64,000 nucleotides of DNA from Scenedesmus sp. PABB004 (taxonomy: Eukaryota), in NCBI GenBank assembly GCA_014905635.1, contig CM026547.1, positions 1,984,001 through 2,048,000 of the forward strand. Reading direction: 5' to 3'. The notes below the pieces were generated by a model. That model was given only the letters and a program-made list of their open reading frames with translations. It was not told where the DNA came from and ran no database searches. The translations under genes were made by a program, and so were the position numbers. This document shows, piece by piece, positions 11,234 to 22,700 of this stretch (position 1 is the stretch's first letter; each line of letters starts with the position of its first letter).

Positions 11234-13097
11234 GCGGAGCGGCAGCGAGCCGAGACGCCAGACCCGGAGCCTGGGCTGCCGGCGTGGCAGAAAGTCTCGC
11301 CCCCGCGGCGCCACGTCATGGAGCGCGTCGGGCCGGCGGCGGCCGCTGCCGCCGCGCGGCGCGGCGCGAGGAGCATGAGCAGCGGCGGGAGCAGCAGCTG
11401 GCTGCCCCTGGGCCTCGGTCCTTGTTTGGTCACCCATTGTAACAAAAAAAAAAAAAAAAAAAAAAAAGCAGCTGGAGCAGCGCAGGACCCTGGTTCAGGA
11501 GCCGCGCGCCAACGACCTCGTCGACCCGCTCACTGGTGCGACTGCGCCGCCGCGCGCCGGCGAGCGCGCGGAGCCGCCCGCCTGGGCCGCCTGCTACGCG
11601 CGCGCGCAGCAGGCGCGCATGCCGCGCGCCCTGCGACACTTTGGCTGGAGCCTGCTGCACGGCGGGGTGCGCGTCAGCGGCGATAGGGTCTTCTCTTACC
11701 AGCGCGCGGCGCCGGAGCTGGCGGAGCTGGCGTGCCCGCACCCGCTCTGCCGCGCGCGCAGCAGCAGCCGCCGCTGGAGACGCTCGGCCACGTCCTCGGC
11801 GGCTGCCCCGTGGCGGCGGCGGTGCTGCAGTGGTTTGCTCACCTCTGGGCGCGGCTGCAGCCGGGCTTCCCGCGCGCGCCGCCCCGCCCAGGGTGATGCT
11901 GGCGGACGACTTTGCCAGGTCGGGCGTCGCGCCGGAGCTGCAGCAGCTCTGGACGCACCTCCGCCTGCTGCTACTGCGCGCCCTGCTCGCCGCGCGCGCG
12001 CGGTACGGCGGCGGCCAGCCCGGGCACGCGCCTGTGGCGGCGATTCGCATCTTTGTGTACTCGGTGCGCGACGCAGTCGTGCTGGACTGGCGCAAGGCAG
12101 CGATGGACGTGCGCGCGCTGGCGGGCGTGCCGCGCTCCTGGCTGTCGGGCTCCGGCAAGGAGCTCACTCGGGCAGATTTCGAACGCCGGTGGTGCCACCG
12201 AGGGGTCATCGCGCGCACGGGCCAGCACGGGGGCCGCTTCACAATGGAGTTCCGGCTCACCGCAGCGGGCGTGCCGGCGCTGCCGGCGGCGCCGGCGCTG
12301 GCCCCGCCGGCGGCGCAGGACCCGCGGCGGCGCGGCGGCGGCGCGGCGGCGGCGCGCAGCGCGGCGGCTAGCTGCAGGGGCCGGGGGGGTCCGCGGCCGG
12401 GCTTGCTGCGACCCCGCTGGCTGCGTGTCGCGCCTCTTCTGCAGCGTGCAAGGTTGGGCGGTGTCCCCCCGTGCCGCGGGGCTGGTGTCCTGCGTGTTTG
12501 TCGTCGCGCGGCGAGGGGGCTGCAGCCGATGGGGCCGGCCCCTGGCGCCGCCGGCGTGTTTTGGCGGCTGCACGCGCTCCGTGCGCGGCGGCTTGGCGTG
12601 CTGCCTGCCCGGTGGGGCGGCTTTCTCGTCGGTGCGCGGCTTTCTCAGGGGTTTTTGCAGCAAAGCCAACTGCTGCCCCCTGGTATGTGCGTGTGTCGTC
12701 GCGCGGCGCGGGGGCTGATGCCGCTGAGGCCGGCCCCTGCCGCCGCCAGCGTGGGTGGCGTTTGCGCGTGATCTCTGCGCGGAGGCTTGGAGCCGGTGCA
12801 CCTCGCTGCACCGATGCCCGGTGCGGCTCGCCGCACCGGAAGGGGGGTGTGCGGCCTGATCTGCTGCTGCCCCTTTGATTGCGGGGCATCACCTGGTCTC
12901 CTTGGGCGCCCGTTGGGCGTTGGCCTCTGGCTGTGCCGTTGGGTGATGTGTGTGCCCCCTCTCGGGGGGCGCCAGGGCGCGGTTTTTCACGAGGGGTTGC
13001 TGCGCTCTTCCCGTTGGAGTTTTTTTTTCAGTGGGCTGCCCCTGGGCCTCGGTCCTTGTCTGGTCACCCATTGTAAAAAAAAAAAAAAAAAAAAAAA
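11234..13097 (+). mobile_element. 1.9-kb 5'-truncated LINE family A copy nested in the previous copy
   Basis: Matches the reverse complement of 28635-30232. Encodes the ORF2 C-terminus (FGWSLLHGG, CPHPLC...ETLGHVLGGCP CCHC-like motif). 23-bp TSD GGGGCAGCCCACTGAACGCGCGG at 11211-11233 and 13098-13120. Confidence 0.93.
11402..11467 (+). mobile_element. Very short LINE family A copy nested in the 1.9-kb copy
   Basis: Last ~42 nt of the 3'UTR plus poly(A); TSD GCAGCTGG at 11394-11401 and 11468-11475. Confidence 0.9.
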
Positions 13098-14477
13098 GGG
13101 GCAGCCCACTGAACGCGCGGCACGGTGCTGCGCGGCAGCGGCGGCCTTCCTCTGCACGTGGGGGACCGCGCGGACGCGTGCCGGGCGCGCCCGGCGGAGC
13201 GACGGCGCGCGGCGCGGGCCCGCGCGAGGGCGGCGCGGCGGCCCCGCACCGCGGCGCGCGCCGCCGGCGGTGCCCGGCGGGGCTGCGCGCGGCACGGTGC
13301 TGCGCGGCAGCGGCGGCCTTCCTCTGCACGTGGGGGACCGCGCGGACGCGTGCCGGGCGCGCCCGGCGGAGCGGCGGCGCGCGGCGCGGGCCCGCGCGAG
13401 GGCGGCGCGCGGCGGCCCCGCACCGCGGCGCGCGCCGCCGGCGGTGCCCGGCGGGGCTGCGCGCGGCACGGTGCTGCGCGCGGCGGGGGCCTTCCTCTGC
13501 ACGTGGGGGACCGCGGACGCGTGCCGGGCGCGCCCGGCGGAGCGCGGCGCGCGGCGCGGCGCGCGAGGGCGGCGCGGCGGCCCCGCACCGCGGCGCGCGC
13601 CGCCGGCGGTGCCCGGCGGGGCTGCGCGCGGCACGGTGCTGCGCGGCAGCGGCGGCCTTCCTCTGCACGTGGGGGACCGCGCGGACGCGTGCCGGGCGCG
13701 CCCGCGGGCGGCGGCGCGCGGCGCGGGCCCGCGCGAGGGCGGCGCGCGGCCCCGCACCGCGGCGCGCGCCGCCGGCGGTGCCGGCGGGGCTGCGCGCGGC
13801 ACGGTGCTGCGCGGCAGCGGCGGCCTTCCTCTGCACGTGGGGGACCGCGCGGACGCGTGCCGGGCGCGCCCGGCGGAGCGGCGGCGCGCGGCGCGGGCCC
13901 GCGCGAGGGCGGCGCGGCGGCCCCGCACCGCGGCGCGCGCCGCCGGCGGTGCCCGGCGGGGCTGCGCGCGGCACGGTGCTGCGCGGCAGCGGGGGCCTTC
14001 CTCTGCACGTGGGGGACCGCGCGGACGCGTGCCGGGCGCGCCCGGCGGAGCGGCGGCGCGCGGCGCGGGCCCGCGCGAGGGCGGCGCGGCGGCCCCGCAC
14101 CGCGGCGCGCGCCGCCGGCGGTGCCCGGCGGGGCTGCGCGCGGCACGGTGCTGCGCGGCAGCGGTTCCTCTGCACGTGGGGGACCGCGCGGACAGCGGCG
14201 GCGCGCTTCCTCTGCACGTGGGGGACCGCGCGGACGCGTGCCGGGCGCGCCCCCGGCGGAGCGGCGGCGCGCGGCGCGGGCCCGCGCGAGGGCGGCGCGG
14301 CGGCCCCGCACCGCGGCGCGCGCCGCCGGCGGTGCCCGGCGGGGCTGCGCGCGGCACGGTGCTGCGCGGCAGCGGCGGCCTTCCTCTGCACGTGGGGGAC
14401 CGCGCGGACGCGTGCCGGGCGCGCCCGGCGGAGCGGCGGCGCGCGGCGCGGGCCCGCGCGAGGGCGGCGCGGCGGCC

Positions 14478-14831
14478 ACTTGGTCGGAGTAGGCGCGGTT
14501 GTTGCCGGCTAGAAGAGCGAGTCGACAACGGCGGACAGCGGCGGTTGGCCAACGAGAGAGCACGGAGACACGAGTGAAGGAGCAAAGGTTACATGTGCGT
14601 GGTGAAGAGACTCCTTAGGCAAACGGGGCGGGCGCACGGAGCTATATAGCCGAAACGGTATCGGTAATCGCAGCTTCTCGGCGGCTGCCGGTAGCTGCGC
14701 CGTAAGCAGCTTCCACCGCGGTTAGCACCTTCCACAAGAGCCCAACTAAGGCCCAAAGTTCCGAGTAGCTTCCTTTAGGCTCCATGCACGCAATGGGGTG
14801 AGTGTGCGGCCGAAAACACGCACTCTCATCA
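14478..14831 (-). repeat. 3' LTR (354 bp)
   Basis: Appears identical to 19423-19776. Starts TGATGAG; contains TATATA and TGTAA; preceded by a short purine-rich CGTGGGAG. Confidence 0.95.
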
Positions 14832-14851
14832 CTCCCACGCGGACGCAACAC

Positions 14852-16513
14852 TCACACCATGCCCATGCCGGTGCGGCACGCCACAAACTTGGACAGCGCC
14901 AGCGGCTTGGTGAGCGCGTCGGCGATGTTGTCGGCCGTGGGCACGTAGTGGAACGTGACCTCGCCGCGGGCCACGCGCTCGCGCGCAAAGTGGTGCGCGA
15001 CGTCAATGTGCTTCGAGCGCTGCGAGGACACGGGGTTGCGCAGCAGCTTGATCGCACCCTGGTTGTCGGAGAGGATGTCGATGGCGCCGATGTTGACCTT
15101 GAGGTCGCTCATGAGCTTGCGCAGCCAGAGGGCCTCCTTGACCGCAGCGGAGGCGGCCATGTACTCGGCCTCGGTGGTGGAGGCTGCGACGGTCTGCTGC
15201 TTCTTGCTGGACCAGGTGATTGCGCCGCCGTTGAGGGTGAAGACGTAGCCGGTGGTCGAGCGGCGCGTGTCGAGGTCGGCCGCGTAGTCCGAGTCACACA
15301 TGCCGTTGAGGTCCAGGCTGCCCTTGATGCCGCCGTAGATGATGCCAATGTTGGTGGTGCCGGCCAGGTAGCGGAGCACGCCCTTGGCCACGCCCCAGTG
15401 CACGGTCGTGGGGCAGGACATGAAGCGTGTCAACGCGCTCACCGCAAAGGCGATGTCGGGGCGCACCGTGATGGAGAGGTAGAGGAGCGCTCCCACGAGC
15501 GACGTGTAGGGGTAGGCCGCGGTGTCGAGCGGGTCGCCGTTGTCCTTGGTGAGCTTGGTGCCGAGGCTCACGGGGATGTCGCGGGGCGCGCAGTCGGCGA
15601 GCCCGTACTTGAAGACGAGCTCGGTCACCATCTTCTCGTTGGTGATCTTGATGGTCTTGTTGATGCGGTCGCGCGTGATGTGCATGCCGAGGTACTGGCT
15701 CACCTCGCCGAGGTCGCGGGTCTTGAAGGCGGCAAAGAGCTCCGCCTTGACCGACTCGGCGAGCGCGCAGTTGCGCGCAATGATGAGGATGTCGTCGACG
15801 TAGATGAGGATGTACGCGCCGGAGGTGCCGACGTAGAGCGATGCGTCGGCCTTGGACGGCGCGAAGCCCATCTTGGTGAGCTCCTCGTGCAGGCGCGAGT
15901 GCCACGCGCGCGGGGCCTGCTTGAGGCCGTAGAGCGCCTTGATCAGGCGGCACGCGCGGCCGGAGCCGTCGTCGTAGCCCTCGGGCTGGCTGATCCACAC
16001 CTCCTCCTCGAGGTTGCCTTGGAGGAAGGCGTTCTTAATGTCGATTTGGATGATCTCGTAGTCGTGCGCAGCGGCGAGCGCGAGCACCGCGCGCAGCGTG
16101 GCGTACTTGCCGACGGGGGCGAAGACCTCGTCGTAGTCGATGCCCTCGATCTGGTGGAAGCCCTTGGCGACGATGCGGCCCTTGTAGCGCTCGATGTTGC
16201 CGGCGAGGTCGGTCTTGGTCGTGAGGACCCACTTGGTCGGGATGATCTTGACGCCGGCGGGCGGCACGTCGAGCTCCCACGTGTTGTTGGCCACGTGGGC
16301 GGCGATCTCCTCGTTCATGGCGTCGTCCCACTTGGACGCGTCGAGCCGGCCGAGCGCCTCGGTGCGCGTGGCCGGGTCGGGCAAGACCTGCCCCGCGTAG
16401 TGCGCGGCGGCGGCGGCGTTCCACCACTCACCGGGCTTGCGCGACACGCGCCCCGAGCGCGTGATGGTGCCGCCGGTGGTGGAGTCGGTGCCGCCGGCGG
16501 TCGGCGCCGGCAT
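14852..16513 (-). CDS. Copia RT-RNase H portion of pol, out of frame with upstream gag-IN
   Basis: RYKGRIVAKGFHQIEGIDYDEVFAPV, DIKNAFL, KALYGLKQAPRAW, YVDD, DSDYA, TEAEY, KHIDV, ADALTK. Confidence 0.93.
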   Translation of the reverse strand: MPAPTAGGTDSTTGGTITRSGRVSRKPGEWWNAAAAAHYAGQVLPDPATRTEALGRLDASKWDDAMNEEIAAHVANNTWELDVPPAGVKIIPTKWVLTTKTDLAGNIERYKGRIVAKGFHQIEGIDYDEVFAPVGKYATLRAVLALAAAHDYEIIQIDIKNAFLQGNLEEEVWISQPEGYDDGSGRACRLIKALYGLKQAPRAWHSRLHEELTKMGFAPSKADASLYVGTSGAYILIYVDDILIIARNCALAESVKAELFAAFKTRDLGEVSQYLGMHITRDRINKTIKITNEKMVTELVFKYGLADCAPRDIPVSLGTKLTKDNGDPLDTAAYPYTSLVGALLYLSITVRPDIAFAVSALTRFMSCPTTVHWGVAKGVLRYLAGTTNIGIIYGGIKGSLDLNGMCDSDYAADLDTRRSTTGYVFTLNGGAITWSSKKQQTVAASTTEAEYMAASAAVKEALWLRKLMSDLKVNIGAIDILSDNQGAIKLLRNPVSSQRSKHIDVAHHFARERVARGEVTFHYVPTADNIADALTKPLALSKFVACRTGMGMV

Positions 16514-16628
16514 GTTGTCGTTGCTCTCGGGCGCCGGGCTCGGCGCGGGCGGCGGCGAGCCGCCCGGGCTCGAGGGCGGGGAGCCGCCGGGGCTCGCGGG
16601 CGGGGAGCCGCCCGGGGTGCCCGGCGGG

Positions 16629-18479
16629 GAGCCGCTCGGCGGTGCCGTTTTGCTCGGGCGTGTAGGGCATGGTCTTTTGGTGCGCGATGCCCTTGTCCTT
16701 GAAGAAGCCAGAGAGGTCGGCGTTGACGTACTCGGAGCCGTTGTCGGTGCGGACGGCCTTGACGTGGGCGTCGGTTTGCTTCTCCATGTAGGTGAGCACC
16801 TCCTTGACGGCCGGCGTGACGTCGGCCTTGCTCTTGAGCGTGCGCACGATGGAGTAGCCCGTCGCGTGGTCGATGAAGGTCGCGGCGTACTTGGCGCCGC
16901 CGTAAGAGAGCTCGGTCATGGGGCCGCACACGTCCATGCTCACGAGCGCGAGCGGCGTGTCGTACACCGTCGCGGACTCACCGAAGGGGAGGCGCGTCGT
17001 CTTGCCCATCACGCACGGCTCGCACATGGGGAGCGCCTTGAAGTCGGTGGTCGTGAGGTCCATGCCGGTCACCATGCCGTGCTTGGCGGCGCGCTCGAGG
17101 TTGGCGTAGCCGAGGTGGCCAAGGCGCGCGTGCCACACCTCGGGCGCCTCTTTGGCAATGAGCGCCGGGCTCGGGGAGCCGCGGAGCGTGTTGCTCACGA
17201 TGCACGGGATGCCGTTGGGCGCGTCGATGGCGGTGACGATCGTCTCGCCGCCCATGCGCACGGCGCACTTGTTGCCCTCCATGATGAACGTGGCGCCGGC
17301 GAGCTTGGCCATCTTGATGGAGACGAGCTTGGCCGCAAAGCCGGGGATGTAGAGCACGCGGCGGAGCACGATGCGCCGCGAGATGACGTTGGACTCGTGC
17401 AAGATGGCGTCGCCCTCGAGCTCGGCGGCGACCACCTCGCCGGTGCCCACGATGACCTTGGTCGAGCACGGCTTGGGGTTGTTGAGGTCGCCGGCGTCGT
17501 TGGTGATGTGGCGCTCGGCCCCCGAGTCGATGAACCACGTGCACGCGTAGTCCGGGTTGTCGTAGTCGGGAGCGAGCGTGGTGGCGGTCCACGCCACCTC
17601 GCGCCGCTCGGTGTCGGGCGTGCCCTTGCGCGCCTCGACCGCGGCCCGCTCGCGGCACTCACCGATGAAGTGGCCGGGCTTCTTGCAATAGTAGCACACG
17701 TCTTTGGCGTCCTTGGACGCGCCGAAGCAAGGCCGGTTGCCGCCGGGCGAGCCGCCGCCGTTGAACGGGCGCGGCGAGTTGACGAAGCGCGACGCGCCGA
17801 GCATGGGCGCGCGCGGGTTGAAGGGCTTGTTGAAGCGCGGGTTGAACGTCTTGTTGAGCGGCTTGAACTTGGGCCGCGGCGCGGTCGCAAAGTAGGCCTT
17901 CTCGGTGTTGGCCGGGGTTTGCGCCTCCACGGTCAAGAGCTCGGAGATGACCTCCTCGAGCGTGGGGAAGGGCTTCTTGCTCATGATGATCTTCTTGGTG
18001 ACCTCGTACGCGCTCGGGAGCTTGTCGAGCATGGCGAGCGAGATGTCCATGTCGTCCACCGTGGCGCCGGCGGAGATGAGGTTGTCCTTGAGCGCGTACG
18101 CGCGGCCGGCAAAGGCCGTGATGGTCTCGGTGTTGCCCTTGGCGAGCGTGCTCAACTCGCGCTTGAAGCGCACGATGCTTGCCGTGTTTTGGGTGTGGTA
18201 CATGTTGGCGAGCTTGTCCCACGCTTCCTTGGCGGTGGTGCACGTTTGGATGAGTGGCAAGATCTTGTTGTCGACGGAGAGGACGATGGCGGCAAGGGCC
18301 TTGTCGTCGCGCGCGGCGTCGCGCGCGGGCGCGGCGTCGGCGTCGTTGCCGGGCGGCGGCGCGTCGATGAGCGCGCCATAGAAGCCCTTGAGCTTGAGGT
18401 AGAAGGTAATCTTGGTGCTCCACGTGACGTAGTTGGAGCCGGTGAATCGCTCAACGCCAAACTTTTCAAAGTCCATCAT
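16629..18479 (-). CDS. Copia gag-protease-integrase, integrase C-terminally truncated
   Basis: FTGSNYVTW gag N-terminus, CYYCKKPGHFIGEC knuckle, WFIDSGA protease, WHARLGH/CEPC, DVCGP..TDNGSEY..PEQNGTAERL, then abrupt loss of integrase sequence. Confidence 0.93.
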
Positions 18480-18786
18480 GACGGTAGCCGCGTTGGCGGG
18501 CCGATGGAGTTATTGGCGGATGTCTCCCACGTCACGCCGCGCCGTAGACGCGCGCACGTACGAGGTGTACGGACGCCCCGCCTAGATGTCCGATGCACGC
18601 GGCCGAGACGTACGCACACCTACGTACGGCGCGGGCGCGGGCGGACGGCGAAGGGGGCAAGGCCCCTTTGAAGTTAGCTCAGGTTTGGAGACACGAGGCG
18701 CGCGCTAGCGTAGCGTGCGAGCGTAGCCGAGGCGCACGCGCGGGCGCAAGAGCGGCCGGGCGCGAGCGCGGCGCGCGTTACGAGTT

Positions 18787-18890
18787 GGTCGAGGGCGCCG
18801 AGGGTCGTAGGGGCGCGAGGGTCGAGGGCGCCGAGAGTCGTAGGGGCGCGAGGGTCGAGGGCGCCGAGGGTCGTAGGGGCGCGGGTCGAG
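18787..18890. repeat. ~33-bp tandem repeat (3 copies) in the copia 5' leader
   Basis: GGTCGAGGGCGCCGAG(G/A)GTCGTAGGGGCGCG(A) repeated three times. Confidence 0.85.
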
Positions 18891-19410
18891 GGATGTCCTC
18901 CAACGTCACGCCGCCGTGTAGACACGCACGCCCAAGGTGCACGGACGCCCGCCTTGATGACCGATGCGCACGGCCGGGTCGTACGTACACCTGTGAGCGG
19001 CGCGGGCGGGCGGACGGGCGAAGGGCCGAGGCCCTTGAGCGCGAGAAGAGGCAAAGTCGGCGCGAGAAGGGCCGACGTCGAGCGCGCGGCGCCGAGTAGA
19101 TCGAGCGCGGCGCGGGAAGCGCGACGGAGCGCGACGGAGCGCAAACGAGCACGCGCGAGCAAGCGCGGCGCGATTTACTGCGTTTGACGAGGGCGACTCA
19201 AGTAAAAGAAGTCGCGGACAAGGGGCGATGGCCTCTGCCAAGCGCCAAGTAGACAATAGGGCTCTCGAATAGGACGGTGGAGGTCGCAGGATCGAATCTG
19301 GGGCCTTCTTTTTGGGCCGCTTGACGGAGGCCTCCGGAGCTCCGCGGAGTTGTCGAGTTGCCGGAGCGATGCGCGCGAAGCCTCCGCGATGCCTTTAGAG
19401 CACCGGGGAT

Positions 19411-19422
19411 GGGCTCATGACC
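19411..19422 (-). promoter_or_regulatory. Primer-binding site, half-tRNA-iMet type
   Basis: GGTCATGAGCCC directly after the 5' LTR resembles the complement of the tRNA-iMet anticodon arm (GGTTATGAGCCC) used by Hemivirus-type copia elements. Confidence 0.7.
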
Positions 19423-19776
19423 ACTTGGTCGGAGTAGGCGCGGTTGTTGCCGGCTAGAAGAGCGAGTCGACAACGGCGGACAGCGGCGGTTGGCCAACGA
19501 GAGAGCACGGAGACACGAGTGAAGGAGCAAAGGTTACATGTGCGTGGTGAAGAGACTCCTTAGGCAAACGGGGCGGGCGCACGGAGCTATATAGCCGAAA
19601 CGGTATCGGTAATCGCAGCTTCTCGGCGGCTGCCGGTAGCTGCGCCGTAAGCAGCTTCCACCGCGGTTAGCACCTTCCACAAGAGCCCAACTAAGGCCCA
19701 AAGTTCCGAGTAGCTTCCTTTAGGCTCCATGCACGCAATGGGGTGAGTGTGCGGCCGAAAACACGCACTCTCATCA
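19423..19776 (-). repeat. 5' LTR (354 bp)
   Basis: Direct repeat of 14478-14831. Confidence 0.95.
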
Positions 19777-22700
19777 CGGCCCCGCACCGCGGCGCGCGCC
19801 GCCGGCGGTGCCCGGCGGGGCTGCGCGCGGCACGGTGCTGCGCGGCAGCGGGGGCCTTCCTCTGCACGTGGGGGACCGCGCGGACGCGTGCCGGGCGCGC
19901 CCGGCGGAGCGGCGGCGCGCGGCGCGGGCCCGCGCGAGGGCGGCGCGGCGGCCCCGCACCGCGGCGCGCGCCGCCGGCGGTGCCCGGCGGGGCTGCGCGC
20001 GGCACGGTGCTGCGCGGCAGCGGGGGCCTTCCTCTGCACGTGGGGGACCGCGCGGACGCGTGCCGGGCGCGCCCGGCGGAGCGGCGGCGCGCGGCGCGGG
20101 CCCGCGCGAGGGCGGCGCGGCGGCCCCGCACCGCGGCGCGCGCCGCCGGCGGTGCCCGGCGGGGCTGCGCGCGGCACGGTGCTGCGCGGCAGCGGGGGCC
20201 TTCCTCTGCACGTGGGGGACCGCGCGGACGCGTGCCGGGCGCGCCCGGCGGAGCGGCGGCGCGCGGCGCGGGCCCGCGCGAGGGCGGCGCGGCGGCCCCG
20301 CACCGCGGCGCGCGCCGCCGGCGGTGCCCGGCGGGGCTGCGCGCGGCACGGTGCTGCGCGGCAGCGGGGGCCTTCCTCTGCACGTGGGGGACCGCGCGGA
20401 CGCGTGCCGGGCGCGCCCGGCGGAGCGGCGGCGCGCGGCGCGGGCCGCGCGAGGGCGGCGCGGCGGCCCCGCACCGCGGCGCGCGCCGCCGGCGGTGCCC
20501 GGCGGGGCTGCGCGCGGCACGGTGCTGCGCGGCAGCGGGCGCCTTCCTCTGCACGTGGGGGACCGCGCGGACGCGTGCCGGGCGCGCCCGGCGGAGCGGC
20601 GGCGCGCGGCGCGGGCCCGCGCGAGGGCGGCGCGGCGGCCCCGCACCGCGGCGCGCGCCGCCGGCGGTGCCCGGCGGGGCTGCGCGCGGCACGGTGCTGC
20701 GCGGCAGCGGCGGCCTTCCTCTGCACGTGGGGGACCGCGCGGACGCGTGCCGGGCGCGCCCGGCGGAGCGGCGGCGCGCGGCGCGGGCCCGCGCGAGGGC
20801 GGCGCGGCGGCCCCGCACCGCGGCGCGCGCCGCCGGCGGTGCCCGGCGGGGCTGCGCGCGGCACGGTGCTGCGCGGCAGCGGCGGCCTTCCTCTGCACGT
20901 GGGGGACCGCGCGGACGCGTGCCGGGCGCGCCCGGCGGAGCGGCGGCGCGCGGCGCGGGCCCGCGCGAGGGCGGCGCGGCGGCCCCGCACCGCGGCGCGC
21001 GCCGCCGGCGGTGCCCGGCGGGGCTGCGCGCGGCACGGTGCTGCGCGGCAGCGGCGGCCTTCCTCTGCACGTGGGGGACCGCGCGGACGCGTGCCGGGCG
21101 CGCCCGGCGGAGCGGCGGCGCGCGGCGCGGGCCCGCGCGAGGGCGGCGCGGCGGCCCCGCACCGCGGCGCGCGCCGCCGGCGGTGCCCGGCGGGGCTGCG
21201 CGCGGCACGGTGCTGCGCGGCAGCGGGCGCCTTCCTCTGCACGTGGGGGACCGCGCGGACGCGTGCCGGGCGCGCCCGGCGGAGCGGCGGCGCGCGGCGC
21301 GGGCCCGCGCGAGGGCGGCGCGGCGGCCCCGCACCGCGGCGCGCGCCGCCGGCGGTGCCCGGCGGGGCTGCGCGCGGCACGGTGCTGCGCGGCAGCGGCG
21401 GCCTTCCTCTGCACGTGGGGGACCGCGCGGACGCGTGCCGGGCGCGCCCGGCGGAGCGGCGGCGCGCGGCGCGGGCCCGCGCGAGGGCGGCGCGGCGGCC
21501 CCGCACCGCGGCGCGCGCCGCCGGCGGTGCCCGGCGGGGCTGCGCGCGGCACGGTGCTGCGCGGCAGCGGCGGCCTTCCTCTGCACGTGGGGGACCGCGC
21601 GGACGCGTGCCGGGCGCGCCCGGCGGAGCGGCGGCGCGCGGCGCGGGCCCGCGCGAGGGCGGCGCGGCGGCCCCGCACCGCGGCGCGCGCCGCCGGCGGT
21701 GCCCGGCGGGGCTGCGCGCGGCACGGTGCTGCGCGGCAGCGGCGGCCTTCCTCTGCACGTGGGGGACCGCGCGGACGCGTGCCGGGCGCGCCCGGCGGAG
21801 CGGCGGCGCGCGGCGCGGGCCCGCGCGAGGGCGGCGCGGCGGCCCCGCACCGCGGCGCGCGCCGCCGGCGGTGCCCGGCGGGGCTGCGCGCGGCACGGTG
21901 CTGCGCGGCAGCGGCGGCCTTCCTCTGCACGTGGGGGACCGCGCGGACGCGTGCCGGGCGCGCCCGGCGGAGCGGCGGCGCGCGGCGCGGGCCCGCGCGA
22001 GGGCGGCGCGGCGGCCCCGCACCGCGGCGCGCGCCGCCGGCGGTGCCCGGCGGGGCTGCGCGCGGCACGGTGCTGCGCGGCAGCGGCGGCCTTCCTCTGC
22101 ACGTGGGGGACCGCGCGGACGCGTGCCGGGCGCGCCCGGCGGAGCGGCGGCGCGCGGCGCGGGCCCGCGCGAGGGCGGCGCGGCGGCCCCGCACCGCGGC
22201 GCGCGCCGCCGGCGGTGCCCGGCGGGGCTGCGCGCGGCACGGTGCTGCGCGGCAGCGGGGGCCTTCCTCTGCACGTGGGGGACCGCGCGGACGCGTGCCG
22301 GGCGCGCCCGGCGGAGCGGCGGCGCGCGGCGCGGGCCCGCGCGAGGGCGGCGCGGCGGCCCCGCACCGCGGCGCGCGCCGCCGGCGGTGCCCGGCGGGGC
22401 TGCGCGCGGCACGGTGCTGCGCGGCAGCGGGGGCCTTCCTCTGCACGTGGGGGACCGCGCGGACGCGTGCCGGGCGCGCCCGGCGGAGCGGCGGCGCGCG
22501 GCGCGGGCCCGCGCGAGGGCGGCGCGGCGGCCCCGCACCGCGGCGCGCGCCGCCGGCGGTGCCCGGCGGGGCTGCGCGCGGCACGGTGCTGCGCGGCAGC
22601 GGGGGCCTTCCTCTGCACGTGGGGGACCGCGCGGACGCGTGCCGGGCGCGCCCGGCGGAGCGGCGGCGCGCGGCGCGGGCCCGCGCGAGGGCGGCGCGGC

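Larger units (their letters stand above)
2619..14477 (+). repeat. 172-bp GC-rich satellite array, left segment (~56 monomers, interrupted by LINE insertions)
   Basis: CCTTCCTCTGCACGTGGGGGACC recurs about every 172 bp, head to tail, with frequent small indels. Confidence 0.98.
14478..19776 (-). mobile_element. Ty1/copia LTR retrotransposon inserted in the satellite, internally deleted
   Basis: Two 354-bp LTRs, 5-bp TSD CGGCC (14473-14477, 19777-19781), domain order gag-PR-IN-RT-RH. Confidence 0.97.

Noticed and set aside
1303..14585. Giant ORFs of up to 3379 aa in all six frames, including an apparent RT-repeat fusion protein
   Set aside because: The satellite monomer has no stop codon in any frame. 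The Arg/Ala/Gly/Pro translations are artefacts, and only 1384-1900 is real RT sequence.
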